Shown: positions 37,347 through 51,367, counted from the first letter of the stretch. The stretch: 64,000 bases of DNA from Felis catus (GCF_018350175.1 NC_058368.1:110052001-110116000), one strand, 5' to 3'. Made by a program: numbers and translations. The notes: a model not told the origin generated them from the letters alone.

Positions 37347-40300
37347 TTGGCATTGAACACATCTGCTCTGGGAAACCCGTCATGGAGTTCTCATGGAATT
37401 TAAAGCCAGGGCTCATTAGTGTCCTGAAAGCCCCATGACCCCCCCCCAAAAAAAAAAACAGTTCGACTGAACAGGGCCTCAGGTCTGGGGAGGGAACAGG
37501 AATCTCGGTGGCAGGGTGAGGCCCGCCTGGGAGGGGAGAAGCTGCCCAGGTGTCCCAGTGGCCCTGGGGGAGGGGAGAAGACTCCTGCCCATTGGAGGAG
37601 CTGCGGGATAATACAGAAGGTGGCCGCTGATTCATGTGCATGAACAGCAGGGGAAGACAAGGGAGTGTCCTCTTCCTCTTTGTTCCCAGACCCCGTTGAA
37701 GTGCAAGGGGAAAAGATGGTCACACCCGACACCAGAGTTTTGTTTTCTTTTGTGGAGCACAGTTTCAATAGACTAATTCGGGCTTAAGAAACAGTGAGAT
37801 CCAGCAGTGCCTGTGTGAGCAGACACCTGTGCACTAGGCTTGTGGCCACTCCAGGCGACACTGGCAGCCCTTCTTCCTGGGCCAGAAATCCTTCCCCTCC
37901 CTCCCTGACAGGTGCAGCCTCGCAGCCTCCACTGGAGCCTTCCTAGGGACAGGAGGCCCAGTCCTGTTGCACAGTGAGCCTCAGCTGTTGGAAGGCTCAC
38001 CATTTTATGGTGGAAAACTGCTTCCAGGGAGTAAGAGAGGAGATTCATGGTACTGACAAACAGGGCATTTGAAATGTGCCTCCCTGCCACCACCCACAGG
38101 TCCAAGGTCTGCCTGCCAGGGGCCCAACACCCTGCACCGAACTTCCAGGTGAAGGCCCTTCACACTTGGAGACAGTTTTGTTTCTCCTATGGGGGAGGCC
38201 GTGCTTCCTGCTGAGGTTCTGGGGACTATTGGGGAAACTCTATAGTGCTTTTACTGTCCCGTGGGATGAGGTTTCTAGAATGCATGCTATCCTAGTCTTC
38301 CCTCCTGGAGGCCACCTACTTGCAGACTCCTCCTAGACATGAGTCCCACCTGGCCCAGCTGGCACTCAGTGGGGTGTCCCTGCCTTCCCTCGAGGTCCCC
38401 ATGAAGAGGGGGTCATTGTCAGGCTTCCTAGTTAGCATCGGCCAGGTGTTCCAACAACCTCTCCTGGAGCCAGCAGGAACCTAACCTCCAGGCTTCCATG
38501 GAGGGACTTTGAGAGGTGTGAAAAAGCCAAGGGCAATTATAGAAATGCCACTTTACTTTGGATCTGTTCCAAGTAACACAGTGGGAATAATAAACTAGCC
38601 AGGATGAAAGTCAGGTGTTGTAGCATTAACATCACTTACACTAATGGATGCGGGAGCCTCCCCAGACCTCTGGAGGGTTCCAGGAATCTGCGTTTCAAAT
38701 GTGATGTGCTATGGCGGGAACTGGGCTTCTAGTGGGGAGAAATGAAAATTCATGACAATGACAAGTGGGGCACTGTCTCTAATCGTGTCCAAAGGGAGGG
38801 TGAGTCCTTGCTTCACATTCTCCCACAGCTGCCCCCTCATGGAAGCAGTGTGGCTGGCCTTCCAAGAAGGGACGCAGGTTATAGAAGAGCCACTGGGGCT
38901 CTGAGACCAGCGACTGCCTTGCTGCATTTACAAGGTCATGCAGGGGGTTCTCTGCACCTTAAATTCTGGGTCTTGGGACGTTGTGGGGAAAGAGAGGATT
39001 TGTTCCAGTGGATAACTTGTCCCTGAATCACATCTTGAATGATAATATGATGTCCACAATTAACAGTGCCATGCAGGTGGGTTATATGATGAGCTGTCTG
39101 TAGAATAAGAGACCTACTGTGTGTACACACAGCCAGGAACCAGCATGAACAAGCAGCAGCAGCAATGTGAGAAGGGGTGAGCTGGAAGATTCTGCTACTG
39201 CGGTCAAGCCAATTTACACAGTAACACCCCACTGCACTGGCTTTCCTGCTCTGTCTCCACACAGCAGAAACCAAGACGTCTGAGTGGGTCTGAGTATTAC
39301 ACAAAGACCAATACCACCTGGTCTTAATGACTTTGCTCATGAGCAGGCAAGAGTCTGTGAGGTCGGCCCCATGCTGAGGACCATTTGGGGCAGAATGCAC
39401 GACTACCATGCTCTCTGCTTGAGGAGCCCTGGTCACAACCTATGCCATGCCATCGGGGATGGGGACAGTGCCCCTCAGTCCCCGTGGAGGTGGGGGACAC
39501 CAAGCCAGGTGGCCAGCGCCTGAGCCGCAGATGGTCCCCAAAACATCAGCATTAAGTTTCACCTGGCTCTGCCTACAATGCAATATTCTTCTTCATGTTG
39601 GCTTAAATAAGGCTGTTCATAGAGCTGCAGATTGATCCCTCACCCTTTGGGAAACTTGAGAAGTCTCTCCCCAGCAAACATATCAGCAGCACAGACAGAA
39701 GGGGCTGACTCCTCTGCCAGACCTGACTTGGAGGTCCTCAGACAAGGGAACCCTGAACCTACCCCTGGGTGGTAACTTGGGATATTTCACAGGTGCTGGG
39801 AAGGTCCTCTTGCTCTCTCCCCTGCCCCCAATTGTCCCACACTCAGGCTTACTGGCCTGGGCACAAAGGACTTTATCTTATAATTAAAGGCAGTTGTGCA
39901 AATTTCTCCCACTCAGTCATTACAGAGACCATTTATTCACACTAAATCCTCTGTGGAGGAAAGTTCCTATAAGCAGGAGAGCTGAAGCGAGGCATCCAGG
40001 GCACACAGACAATTTACTGGAGACGAACTCTGAATCAACAACTCCTCTCTATAGACATGAGTTGTGCAGAGGGAATGGCCTTTTAGTATTTTCCCTTCCA
40101 GATGGAAATAGTGACAGCACCACCATCCTGGTTAAATATGAACCTTTCCAATCATGTTATTGGTGCAAATTTAAATAAAAGATCCTCATTTCAACTATTC
40201 AGGCCTGCGGCAGGGCTGGGTGGCATGGTGCCAGATATTTTAGATTCAGAAGAAACTCAGAGGCTGTGAGAGTCACAAGTCAATCATCAAAAAAATGAGT

Positions 40301-40364
40301 AGGATAAGTTTCATGAGTGAGCTGGCACATAACCTAACTAAGCACATTTTAAAATATTTATATT

Positions 40365-40466
40365 GGGGGTGCCTGGGTGGCTCAGTTGGTTAAGCATTCG
40401 ACCTTGGCTCAGGTCACGATCTCACAGCTCGTGGGTTCGAGCCCCATGTTGCACTCTTGCTCATGT

Positions 40467-40501
<35 letters not shown>

Positions 40502-40545
40502 ACTTAAAAAAACTTAAAAATTTTTTTAATTTTAAAAACTTAAAA
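40365..40545 (+). mobile_element. Carnivore SINE, internally deleted
   Basis: Intact head to the B box (gggttcgagccc), then a jump to (CT)n and the A-rich tail. Confidence 0.9.
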
Positions 40546-40548
40546 AAA

Positions 40549-40759
40549 TTTTTTTAATGTTTTTTTTTTTTCCTTTTTCTTTTGAGAGACAGAGGCAGAG
40601 CACGAGCAGAGACAGAGGGGGAGACACAAAATCCAAAGCGGGCTCCTGGCGCTGAGCTGTCAGCACAGAGCCCAACGCGGGGCTCGAACTCACGAACCTC
40701 TAGATCATGACCTGAGCCAAAGTCGGATGCTTAACCAGCTGAGCCACCCAGGCGCCCCC
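40549..40759 (-). mobile_element. Felid SINE (antisense), tail-to-tail with the preceding copy
   Basis: polyT...gctgagctgtcagcacagagccc...ctgagccacccaggcgccccc. Confidence 0.94.
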
Positions 40760-40999
40760 TTAAAGTTTTTGTTTTAAAAATTAAATGTTTATATGAAGCA
40801 GAACTTCAGGGATGTTTTGATTTCAGCATCTCTGCCTCTTCTGAATGAATTCTCTGTTTACTTAACTTGCAGTGAACTCCTCCATATCATGCCCTGCCCT
40901 GCCTGGGCTAGGAGCCCTTTCCCAAGAAAGTGATGGCTTGACTTATTGTTGAGTCAAGAGATCAGGTTACAAAGTACTGTCCTAGAAAGAAAAAGTGTG

Positions 41000-41175
41000 T
41001 GCATATATACACATACACAAAGAAAAAGCTGTAAAGTTATATACCAAAATATTATCCATGATCCTCTCTTGTGGTAAACACATTTTATTTTTCTCTTTTG
41101 TGCTTTTATTTCTTAAATTTTCTGCAAATAATACATAATACCTTTGTAATCAGAAAAACAACGATAAAATGAAAG
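41000..41175 (+). mobile_element. Ancient L1ME-like 3' end fragment
   Basis: ataccaaaatatt...ttttatttttctcttttgtgctttt...ttttctgcaa...tttgtaatcagaaaaa. Confidence 0.5.
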
Positions 41176-41689
41176 CAATAATGGTTACTTAACAAAACAA
41201 AACCCAATCAAGGTTCCCCTGTCTTGATTGAAAGAGCAAAGCCTCAAGCTATTTCCCTATTGTCAGAAATAGCTGGATTATTGGTGAAAGCATGAAAGGA
41301 AACAAACTGGTTAATAAAAAGTGGCAGAGGAGCTTCAAAGTAGATGCTCCCCTGTGGCAAAAATGTACCTTTTTCTATTCTTGCTCCTGTTGGGTAGAGT
41401 TGATCCATTAGAAACAACTACCGAAAACATCTAGCTGTCTGGAAATGTGGCTTGTTGTCACTTGTGGATCAATAATACTCTAAGGTTAATTTCTTTCTCT
41501 CACATTGACACAATTTAAAGTTGAGATCAACCCTGGTGAGAAGGGAGTGGAGACAGTAGAAAAGTTACAAGTTTCTGAGAGATCCATGGCCTGGGGAATG
41601 GAGTACTACTCATGTCAATTGATATTCAGACCTAAACAACTGGAGAGAGAGAACGATTTGGGCACGTTAAAAGATATAGTTGTGTAGAG

Positions 41690-42175
41690 ATACCAGTTCA
41701 CCCCAAACTGACCCACAGATTCAAGGCAGTGCAAATCAAATTTCCAACAGAGTGTGTGCACGCGTCTTTATGTGTATGCACACAGTAGGCACACACTTGA
41801 TAAGTCCATTACACAATTTATATATAGGTGCAAGGGCCGAGGACACCCAAAACGCTCTTGAAGAAGATGAACAGGGGCTTTCCCTATGAGGCATCAAAAC
41901 TTACTATAAAGCCCCAGTAATTAAGGCAGTGGTTATTAGTTTAGGACTAGCACAACTGAACATAAGAAAGGGCTCCACAATAGGCTTCTTAAAATATGAG
42001 CATTTGCCATAGGAAAATGTTATTGTAGATCCCTGGGGTAATAGATCAATCTTTTAATAAATGATACTAGCACAAGTTGGGATCCACGTGGATAAAAAAA
42101 AAAAAAAAAAGGCTCGGGCTTTACACCATTAATCAAAAAATGACTTTCAAGTAGATTAAAAAATAAATAAATAAA
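41690..42175 (+). mobile_element. Older L1 ORF2 fragment (5' part of an interrupted host L1)
   Basis: ccccaaactgacccacagattcaa...atcaaatttccaacag; acttactataaagc...gtaattaag; cttttaataaatg...cttacacca...aaaaatgactttcaagtagattaaa. Confidence 0.75.
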
Positions 42176-45100
42176 CAGGATTCTACTTCTGGAAGGACAG
42201 CATAAGGAGATGTGTAGACATGCTTCCCAGAGAAACAACTGTAACTGGTAAAGCGATTAAAAAACCCAAACACCAGCCATTTAGAGTGTCTGGAAACTGT
42301 CCTATAAGGCATACAATACAAGAAGAAACTTATTTTTTTCAAGACTATCCACTAAATCTCAGTAAGAACAGTGAGAATTTTACTTGAGCCATGACTTGCA
42401 TACCCTCCCCTCCCTACTGTGGGCGGGAGACAGAGCTCCTGTGCTCCTAGCTCTCAGTGATGGTCTAGACTATCTCCCTGGGAGGGCGGGACATGAGCAT
42501 TTCTCATCCCTCCTGGGTTCATGTTGCATAGGCTACGTTCCAAGAAAAGGCAGCTAAAGAATCTGGGGGTCTCTGTTTATATCCAGCCCCAACTGAGGAC
42601 AGAAGCTTGACTGCTGGCATGGCAAAGGCTGGAGGTACTGGGGCCTCGGCTGCCTTCATTATAGCTCACTTTTAGGACAGAGGTTTCAGTCCTGGAGAGG
42701 CAAGCTGAGCAAATCAGAAGCTGCCATCCCCACCTACTACTCTGCTCATAAACCGGGGATATCACTCTGAGACAACTGGGTCACAGTCTCTGCCCCAAGC
42801 TCCGGAGCAGTGGTTCAGAGATTTTGTGCAAGGGAGAGGCAAGCCATAAAGATGGAGAGCTCTGACTGAGAGGAACTGACTTTATTTGGAACAATATGGA
42901 GGAGTTCAAGCCTATTATAACAATGGATACCATGGTGGTAAGTGATTAAAAGGAGACTCATAGCTCTACAAAGGTGACAAGCTAGACTGTAGACCAGCCA
43001 GCTTACCGGAGGGAGAGCATAAACAAAATGAAAATGAACATAGCCTCAGAGAAATATGGAATAGCACTAAGAAGAATGCATATAATGGGAATACCCAGAA
43101 GCAGGAAACAGAGAAGGAAGAGAAACAATATTTAAAGAACTAATGACTGAAAACTTCCCAAACTGGGTGAAAAACATCTATCCTACACATCCAAGAAACT
43201 CAACAAACTTCAAATAAGGTAAGTGCGAAGAGATCCACAGTTGGACACATCAGAGTCAAAATGCCAAAAGACAAAGAGAAAAATTTGAAGGCATCAAGAA
43301 AAAATAACTAGTCAGTCACAACAGAACCCTAAAAATGATGAACAGCTGACTTCTCATCAGAAGCAATGGAGGCCAGAAGGTAGTGGGGGTGACATGTTCA
43401 AAGTGCTAAAAGAAAAAAGAAACCATCAACAAAGAATGTTAAAGCCAACAAAATTATTTTTCAAAAATGAAGGGAAACTAAGGACGTTCCTAGGTAAACA
43501 AAAATTGACATAACTTGTTGCTAGTACATCGACCTTACAATGAGTACTAAAGTGAACTCTTCAGACTGAAAGCAAGTGACCATAGACGGGAATCTGAATG
43601 CACACAAAAAGCAAAGAGCACTGATGAGAGTAATCATGTTATTATACAAGACAGTATAAATATATGTTGCCTCTCCTTTCTGGTCTTAGTGGATTTTAAA
43701 AGCAACTCTATGAAACAACATGTATATAATTGTATCATTGGGCCTATACCACATAGAAATTTAATATATTTGACAACAATAGCACAAGGGGGGTAGGTGG
43801 GTGTAAAACTTTATAGGAGTAAGAATACTAAATGGTAACTTGAATCCATACAAACAATGAAGAGAACGAGAAATGACAAATAAAAGGTTTATGTAACAAG
43901 TTCTATGAATATATATTTGCTCTCCTTTTTTTCCCTCTCAGTTTATTTAAATGAAAAAATTACATAAAGTAATAATTATGACAATGTATTGTTGGGTTTG
44001 TAGCATACATAGAAGTAATATGTACAACAATAACAGAAAAATCGGAAGAGGAAATAGAGGTATATAGGAGTAATGTTTCTGTATCTTACTAGAATTTAGT
44101 ATAAATCTCAAGTATATTCAGATAAATTAAGATGTATACAGTTAACCCTAGAACAACCAGTACGACAGTAGCTACAGAAAAATAGTAACATTTAATTAAA
44201 GAACTTAAAATATTACACTAGAATATTCACTTAATGCAAAAGAAAGCAATAAGAGATGAAGAGAGGAACAAAATGATATGAGACATACAGAAAACAAAGT
44301 AAAATGGTAGATGTATATATATAAATGATAATATTAGATGTCATGGATTAAACAATTCAATCAAAAGCAGCACTTGTTAGAATGCATGAAAAAAACAAGA
44401 TCCAAATATATGTTGCCTACAGGAGACATTCTTTAGCATTAAATATATGAATAGGTTGAAAGAAGAAGGATGGAAAAAGAAACTATAAGAAAGGCAAGTG
44501 GTTATACGAATATCAGAGAAAATAAACTCTAAAACAAAAAAATGTTACTAGAGATAAAGAAGGACATTTCATAACGATAAAAGGATCAATTCATTTGTAA
44601 GCTTTAACAGTTGTAAACATATGCACCTAACAACAGAGCCCCCAAATACAAGAAGCAAAAACTGACAGAACTGAAGGGGAATTCACCAATAACAGTTGGT
44701 GGCTTCAAAATTCACTTTTAATAATGCATGGAGCCATAAGGCAAAAGATACACAAAGAAATAGAACATGTGGACAACACTGTAAACCAATTAGACCCAGG
44801 AGAGCTCTATAAAACATTCCATCCCAAACCAGCAGAATACATATTTTTCTCAAGTGGATATGGACATTCTAGGGGAGACCACATTCTAGACCATAAAAAA
44901 GGCTTAATACAGTTAAAATGACTGAAATAATAGATGTTCTCCCACCACAACAGAATGTAATTACACATTGATATAAAAAATGAAATTTGGGAAAGTCACA
45001 GGTACGTAAAAATTAAATAACACACTCATGAATAACCAACAGGTCACAGAAAAAATCACGGAGGAAAACTAGAAAATACTCTGAGATGAATGAAAATGAA

Positions 45101-45997
45101 GATACAGCATAACAAAACTTGTGGATGCAGTGAACAGAGAGCTTAGAGGGGAAGGACTTCACAACTGTGAGTGTCCATGTTGGAAGAGAAATGAATCTCA
45201 AATTAATAGCCTAACCTTCTAGCTCAACACAGTGGAAAAAGAAAAGCCAATGGAACCTAAAGCAAGTGGGGAAGGAAATAGTCAAGATGAAAGCAGAAAT
45301 TAGTGGAAAAAAGAAGAGAAATAGAGAAAATCAACAAAACCAAAAGTTGTTTCCTAAAAAACAATCAACAAAACTGACAAAACTTTTAGTTAGACTGATG
45401 AGAAATAATACAGAAGTCTCCAATTACTAAAAACAGGAATAAAAGAGGAGACACTTCTACAGACTCTACTGAATACAAAGAATAATGAGGTAATAATATG
45501 AACGTCTGTATGCCATCAAACTAGGTAACTCTGATGGATTGGATAAATTTGTACAAAAACACAAACTACTAAAACTAGCTTAAGGAGAAATAGAAAATCT
45601 ATACAAGATATTTGATTATTTAAAAAAATTCCCTCAAAGCAATGCCCAGGTTCACGTGGATTCACTGGTGAAACCCAGCAACATTTAGGAAGAACTGATA
45701 TGAATTCTTCATAAACTCATTCACACAAAAGAAGAGGAGGAGACACTTTCCAACTCATTGTGTGAAACCAGTGTCACCCTGACACCCAAACTAGATACAA
45801 GAAAACAAAATTATTGACCAATATCTCATAATTAATAGACACAAAAAAACTTCAACAAAATATTAATAGATCAAATCCAGCAACATGTAGGTATTATACA
45901 TCATGACCACACAGATACCAAGGAATTTAACAGTGGTTTAATATATGAAAATCAATTAATGTAATATACAGTATCAGTAGATAAAAAAACAAAAACA

Positions 45998-46164
45998 GAG
46001 GCGCCTGGGTGGCTCAGTCAGTTAAGCCTCTCACTTCGGCTCAGGTCATGATCTTGCACTCTGTGAGTTTGAGCCCCACATCGGGCTCTGTGTTGACAGC
46101 TCAGAGCCTGGAGCCCGCTTTGGATTCTGTGTCTCCTTCTCTATCTGCCCCTCCGCCTCTCATG

Positions 46165-46197
<33 letters not shown>

Positions 46198-46240
46198 ACT
46201 CAAAAATAAATAAACATTAAAAATTAAAAAAAAAATAAAA
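45998..46240 (+). mobile_element. Felid SINE inserted in L1
   Basis: Full SINE structure with TSD approximately aacaaaaacag. Confidence 0.94.
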
Positions 46241-46251
46241 CAACAAAAACA

Positions 46252-46422
46252 GGGGTGCCTGGGTGGCTCAGCCAGTGAGGCTTCTGATTCTTTATTTCAG
46301 GTCAGGTCATGATCTCACAGTGGTGAGACTGAGCCCTGCATATGGCTCAGAGCTGAGTATGGAGCCTGCTTAGGAGTCTCTCTCTGGCCTTCCTCAGCAC
46401 AAGCGCTCTCTTTTTCTCTTAT

Positions 46423-46464
<42 letters not shown>

Positions 46465-46476
46465 TCTCAAAAAAAT
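46252..46476 (+). mobile_element. Carnivore SINE in tandem with the preceding copy
   Basis: ggggtgcctgggtggctcagcc head, long (CT)n and a short A tail. Confidence 0.92.
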
Positions 46477-48859
46477 ACCCAAAAACCATATGATCATCTC
46501 AACAGTTGCAGAAAAAGTAGTTGATAAAATGAAACATTCCCTTTTGATAAATACACAAAACAAAGTAGAAGAGAGCTTCTCAACCGGATAAAGGGCATCT
46601 ATGGATAACTCAGGGCTAACATCATATAAGTGGTAGAAGACTGAATGAATGCTTTCCCCTGAGATCAGGAACAAGACAAGTATGTCTGTTTTTGTCACTA
46701 TACTGGAGGTTCTGGCCAGGGCAGTAAGGTAAGAAAATGAAATATAAGGCATTCAGATTAAGGAAGAAGTAAATCTATCTCTACTTATACCTGCATTATC
46801 TTTATATAATCATAAATTATCTAATACAAAGAGCTATATTAGAACTAAGAAATGAATTTAGCAAGGTTGAAAGGTACAAGTTCAGGGTATAAAAATTAAT
46901 TATATTTCTATACCTTGGCAATAAGCATCCTGGAAATGAAAATATGAAAACAATTCCACTTACAACAAATTCAAAATAAATGAAATATTTAGGGATGAAT
47001 TTAACCAAAGAAGCGTAAAAGTTATACTGCCAAAACTATAAAAAAAATGTTCAAAGAAATGAAAGAAGGCCAAAATAAATGGAAGGACATCCCATGGTCA
47101 TGGATCAGAGGACTTAATACTGTTTAGATAGCAACACTTCCCAAAGTAAGTAGTTCCCAAAGTAATCTATTTAGTCAAAGCAATGCCTATCAGAATCTCA
47201 GCTGGCTTCTTTGCAGAAATTAACAAGCTGATCCAAAAATCCATATGGAAACAAAGGACAGAGAAGAGCCTAAACAGTGCTGCAGAGGATCCACAAAGTT
47301 GGAGGACACATTTCCCGAGGGCAAAACTTGTTACAATGCTACACTAATCAAGAAAGCGTGGTACCAGCATATGGATAGACATATAGATCGATGGAGTAGG
47401 ATTGAGAGTTAAGCAATAAACCTTTACAATTATGGTTAATTTATTTTCAACAGGTGTGCCAAAACAATTCAAAGGGGGGGAAGAGTAGTCTTTAAAATAA
47501 ATGGTGCTGGGACAACTGGATATTCACATATAAAAGCAGGACACTGGGGTCCTCTATCACATCATATGCAAAAATTAACTCAATGATTTAAGTGTATGTA
47601 AGATGTAAATGTAAATGCTAAAACTATAAGCCTCTTAGAAAAAAAATAGGAGTAATCTTTGTGATCTCAGGTTAGGTAAAGCCTTCTTAAATATGACACC
47701 AAAAACACAAGTGACAAATGAAAAAACAGATACGTTGTGCTTCATCAAAATTAAAACTTTTGTGCTTTTTAAAGTATAACATAGAGTGAAGAGAACCCAT
47801 AGAATGGCAGAAAATATTTGCAAAGTGTATACATAAGAGACTTGTGTTCAGAATATATAATGAGCTCTTACAACTCAATGAGAAGAAGACAAATTGTCCA
47901 ATTAAAAAATGGGTAAAGGTGACAAATAGACAGTTTTCAGAAGAAGATATACAAATGACCAATAATCACGTGAGAAGATGTTCACTCAACATCATCATCC
48001 ACCTAGGAAATGTAAATAAATCAAAACCATATGAGATACTATTTCATATCTGTTTGGATGACTAATTAAAAAGACAGATAATAACAACTGCTGGCAAAGA
48101 TATGGAGAAGTTGTAACCCTCATATACTGCTAGTGGGAATGTAAAATGGTACACCCGCTTTGGAAAACAGTTCCTCAAAAGGTTGAACACAGAGTTAACA
48201 TATGACTCAGCAACACTACTCCTATATAAATAGCCAAGAGAAATGATGATATATATCCACACAAAAACTTGTACACAAATGTTTATAGCACCATATTCAT
48301 AACAGCCCAAAGTGGAAATTTTGGCTGAAATGTCCCTCAACTGATGAATGGATAAAATTTGGTACGTCTATGCAAGAGTCTTATTTTGTAAATAAGAATG
48401 AGGTACTGATATATGCTAAACATGGATGAATCTTGAAAACATTATGGTAAGTGGAAGAAGTCAATCACAAAAGACTCCATATTGCCTGAAATGTCTAGTA
48501 TAGGCATATGTATAGGAACAGAAGGTAAATTAGTGATCGCTAGGGCTGTGGGGCTGTAGTTGGGGATGACAAATGAATGAGGAATTGTCTGTTGATGTGT
48601 GCAGGGTTTCTTTTTGTAGGTAAAGAAGAGGTTTTAAAATTGTTCATCATGGTGGTGGCAAAACTCTCTGGATGTACTAAAAGACTTGAATTGTACATTT
48701 TAGATGGGTGAACTGAATGGTATGTGAGTGATATCTCAAATAAAGCTATTATGTTAAAGAAAATCCAATGTGAAAAGCAACACTGTAGAGTAGAAGATGA
48801 TGTAGAATAATGTTGGGCTTTGGAAGCAGGGAAGATTTTCTTTAAAAGGGAGCAAAATT

Positions 48860-49078
48860 GGGGCACCTGGGTGGCTCAGTCAGTTAAGCCTCCAATTCTT
48901 GACTTCAGTTCAGGTCATAATCTCATGGTTTGTGGGGTCGAGCCCCACGCTGGGCTCTGTACTGGCAGTGTGGAGCCTGCTTGGGATTCTCTCTCTCTCC
49001 CTCTCTTTGCCCCTCCCCAGCTTGTGTGCTCACTGTCTCTCTCTCAAAATAAATAAACTTAAAAATAAATAAATAAAC
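48860..49078 (+). mobile_element. Carnivore SINE
   Basis: Full structure with TSD approximately aaaaggg(a)gcaaaat. Confidence 0.94.
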
Positions 49079-49114
49079 CAAAAGGGGCAAAATCCACTAA
49101 CCATAAGAGAGGTG

Positions 49115-49195
49115 TTTTTTAAATTGAGATAGAGTTGACATAGAACATTGTGTAAGGTCAAGGTGTACAACATGTTGATTTTATATTTATATATT
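49115..49195 (-). mobile_element. Very short 5'-truncated L1 3' end (antisense)
   Basis: tttttaaattgagatagagttgacatagaacattgtgtaag...aaggtgtacaacatgttgattt resembles the reverse complement of an L1MA/carnivore L1 terminus. Confidence 0.6.
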
Positions 49196-51157
49196 TAATA
49201 CAAAGGAAAATTTTGATAAATCCAACTATATTAAAATTTAGAACTTCTGTCCTTAAAAAGAAACCAAGACAGAGTGAAAAGTTGAGCCACCGTTGGAAAA
49301 ATATGTTTCTAATAAACGTAATCAACAAAGAATAAGTATCCTGAATATATAAAGAACTCCTACCAATGAAGTAAAAAAAGACAAAGAATTGAATAGGAAA
49401 AAGTGCAAAAGACCTGGGAAGGTACCTCAGAAAAGGGGAAATCAAAATGGTCAATAAACCAATGAAATGATGCTTAGTCTCAGTATGCAGGAAAATACCA
49501 ATGAAAACTGCAAAAGGATACCATATCATAGTCAATTGACTAGCAAAACTTAAAAATGTTTAGCTGTCGCAAGCGTTACTAATGCGAACTGCAGGAGCTC
49601 TAATACACTGCTGCTTTCAGGGTAAACTGGCTGACAATTTTGGAAAACAGTATGCTGATATCGATTAAGGCTAAAGCGGCACACTGCCCAGGGACATAAA
49701 CCAGAGAAACAGTTGCATGTGTACAGCAGAAGACATCTAGGAAAATGATTCTAGCGGCATCACTTGGAATAGCCCCAAATGGGAACTGATGCTGGCTGTC
49801 AGAAGTAGAACGGATACAGTGTGGTATATTCACACAAGGGGATTTTCGGCAACACAAACCAACAAGCTACAGTTATACTCTATGGATGAGTCTCCCGAAT
49901 ATGCAAGCAGCGAATCAGAAAAGAACATCTACCGGCACAATTCCGTTTAATATGACTTTCAAAGCTAGGGAAAAAATCAACCACGTTTCAACATGTATTT
50001 AGGTGAGACAACTATAAAGAAAAGCCAGAACATAATGATTGGAGAAGTCAGAGAAGACAGTGGTCACCTCCAGGGCAGGAGGGAGAGAGTGTTTCTAAAG
50101 CATTGCCTAATTCCTAAAACACGGTTCTTCTCTTAATGGTTATTCTTCTTACTGCACATATACATTTTGTATTCCCTTCTGTTGGTACGTCATCTTTTCT
50201 AATTAAAAAAATGAAGAAAAAGGCGGTTTTCAACAGGTGGCTTCCTTTCCTTGGAATGTGCTTGTGGGTCAGCCCTGCATGCGGGCACACCTCCGTGCAG
50301 GCAATCGCGGAGACTCACAGAGCCCCATCTTGGAGGAAGAGCTGAACATAGGTGGGGAATACTTCCATGACACCCGGGCACCTCCTGCTGAGGGGATGCT
50401 GCATGTGAGCAACAGAGCCAAGCCCACCCCTTAGGGTCTTCTCCGTCCCTTCTGGGCTCTGCATCGTCGACTGCTTTCTGTTCTGCGGACCCAGGTGACA
50501 ACCAGGCTTGCTTACATCCAGTCCTTTCCCTGCTCTCCCTCCCTCTCCTAAGCAAGTGTTTATTGCATTCTTACTCCACATGAAGCCCAGGCTACTGCAG
50601 TGAGCAAGGCAGCCCTGGTCCCTACAGTTCACTGCAGGGATAATGTTACCTACCATCTCCCAATTAATGGATTACTGTTGTGCCAAGGGGACAACATAGG
50701 ATTCTGCACATTCACACTTGTGGAACCAGGCCCATACCCAGGCCCAGCGCAGAAACCTTGGAAACCAATGCAGTCTTTTTAGTCTTGTCCATAAAATATT
50801 AATTCTGTGGATATTCTTAAACACTTGGAGGCCTCAGGATGCAAAATAGGGTTGTTAGGAAGCAATCTGTGTATGATTGACATAACTGCTTTTGTTACGC
50901 TAAAAATTTCAAATTGCTCTGATGGAAACTTTAAAAGAACTGCTTCTTTGTGTGACTTCTTCATTCCTGTTTGCGTATACAGGATACCTGGTAGGCAAAA
51001 AGTTAAATGTAGATACGATAACCAGGAGGTACTGAAATGATACGAAAGGAGATGGTTTTCTTCTGAAGTACAGAGAGAGATGTGGAATTGTAGCCTTAAA
51101 CTCATTAGCTCTTAGAGTCTGTTTTCAGGACTTCCAGACTCCATAGGAATTTTTCTT

Positions 51158-51367
51158 TTCTTTTTTAAAAATAGTTTATTTACTTATTTTGAGAGAGAAA
51201 GCGAGCAGGAGAGGGGCAGAGAGAGAGGGATGGAGAGAATCCCAAGTAGACTCCACATCATCAGTGCCGAGCCTGATGTAGGGTTCGAACTTCACAGACC
51301 GAGAGATCATGACGTGAGCCAAAATCAGGAGTTTGAGGCCCAGCCAACTGAGCCACCCAGGCATCCC
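51158..51367 (-). mobile_element. Carnivore SINE (antisense)
   Basis: 16-bp TSD CAT(A/G)GGAATTTTTCTT at 51142-51157 and 51368-51383. Confidence 0.94.

Larger units (their letters stand above)
42180..48762 (+). mobile_element. Near-full-length, inactive ancient LINE-1 (L1M; L1MB-like 3' end)
   Basis: 5' region, ORF1-like segment (about 43.0-43.6 kb) and ORF2 remnants. ORF 44724-44921 (RQKIHKE...LYKTFHPKPAEYIFFSS...DHILDHK) matches the L1 endonuclease. ORF 47844-48065 (RIYNELLQLN...PIKKW...FSEEDIQM) matches the ORF2 C-terminal region. The 3' UTR ends tatctcaaataaagct. There are many stops and frameshifts. Confidence 0.92.
48764..50200 (+). mobile_element. Older L1 (L1MC/ME-like) ORF2 end and 3' UTR, continuing the 41690-42175 fragment
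   Basis: aaaattttgataaatccaactatattaaaatttagaacttctg, atcctgaatatataaagaactcctacca, tttggaaaacag and gtggtatattcacacaa. Confidence 0.75.

Noticed and set aside
47138..47166. Small tandem duplication ttcccaaagtaa in L1
   Set aside because: An ordinary slippage duplication within a dead element.
42180..48762. Active or domesticated LINE-1
   Set aside because: ORF1 and ORF2 are broken by many stops, indels and two SINE insertions, and the RT catalytic region is degenerate.
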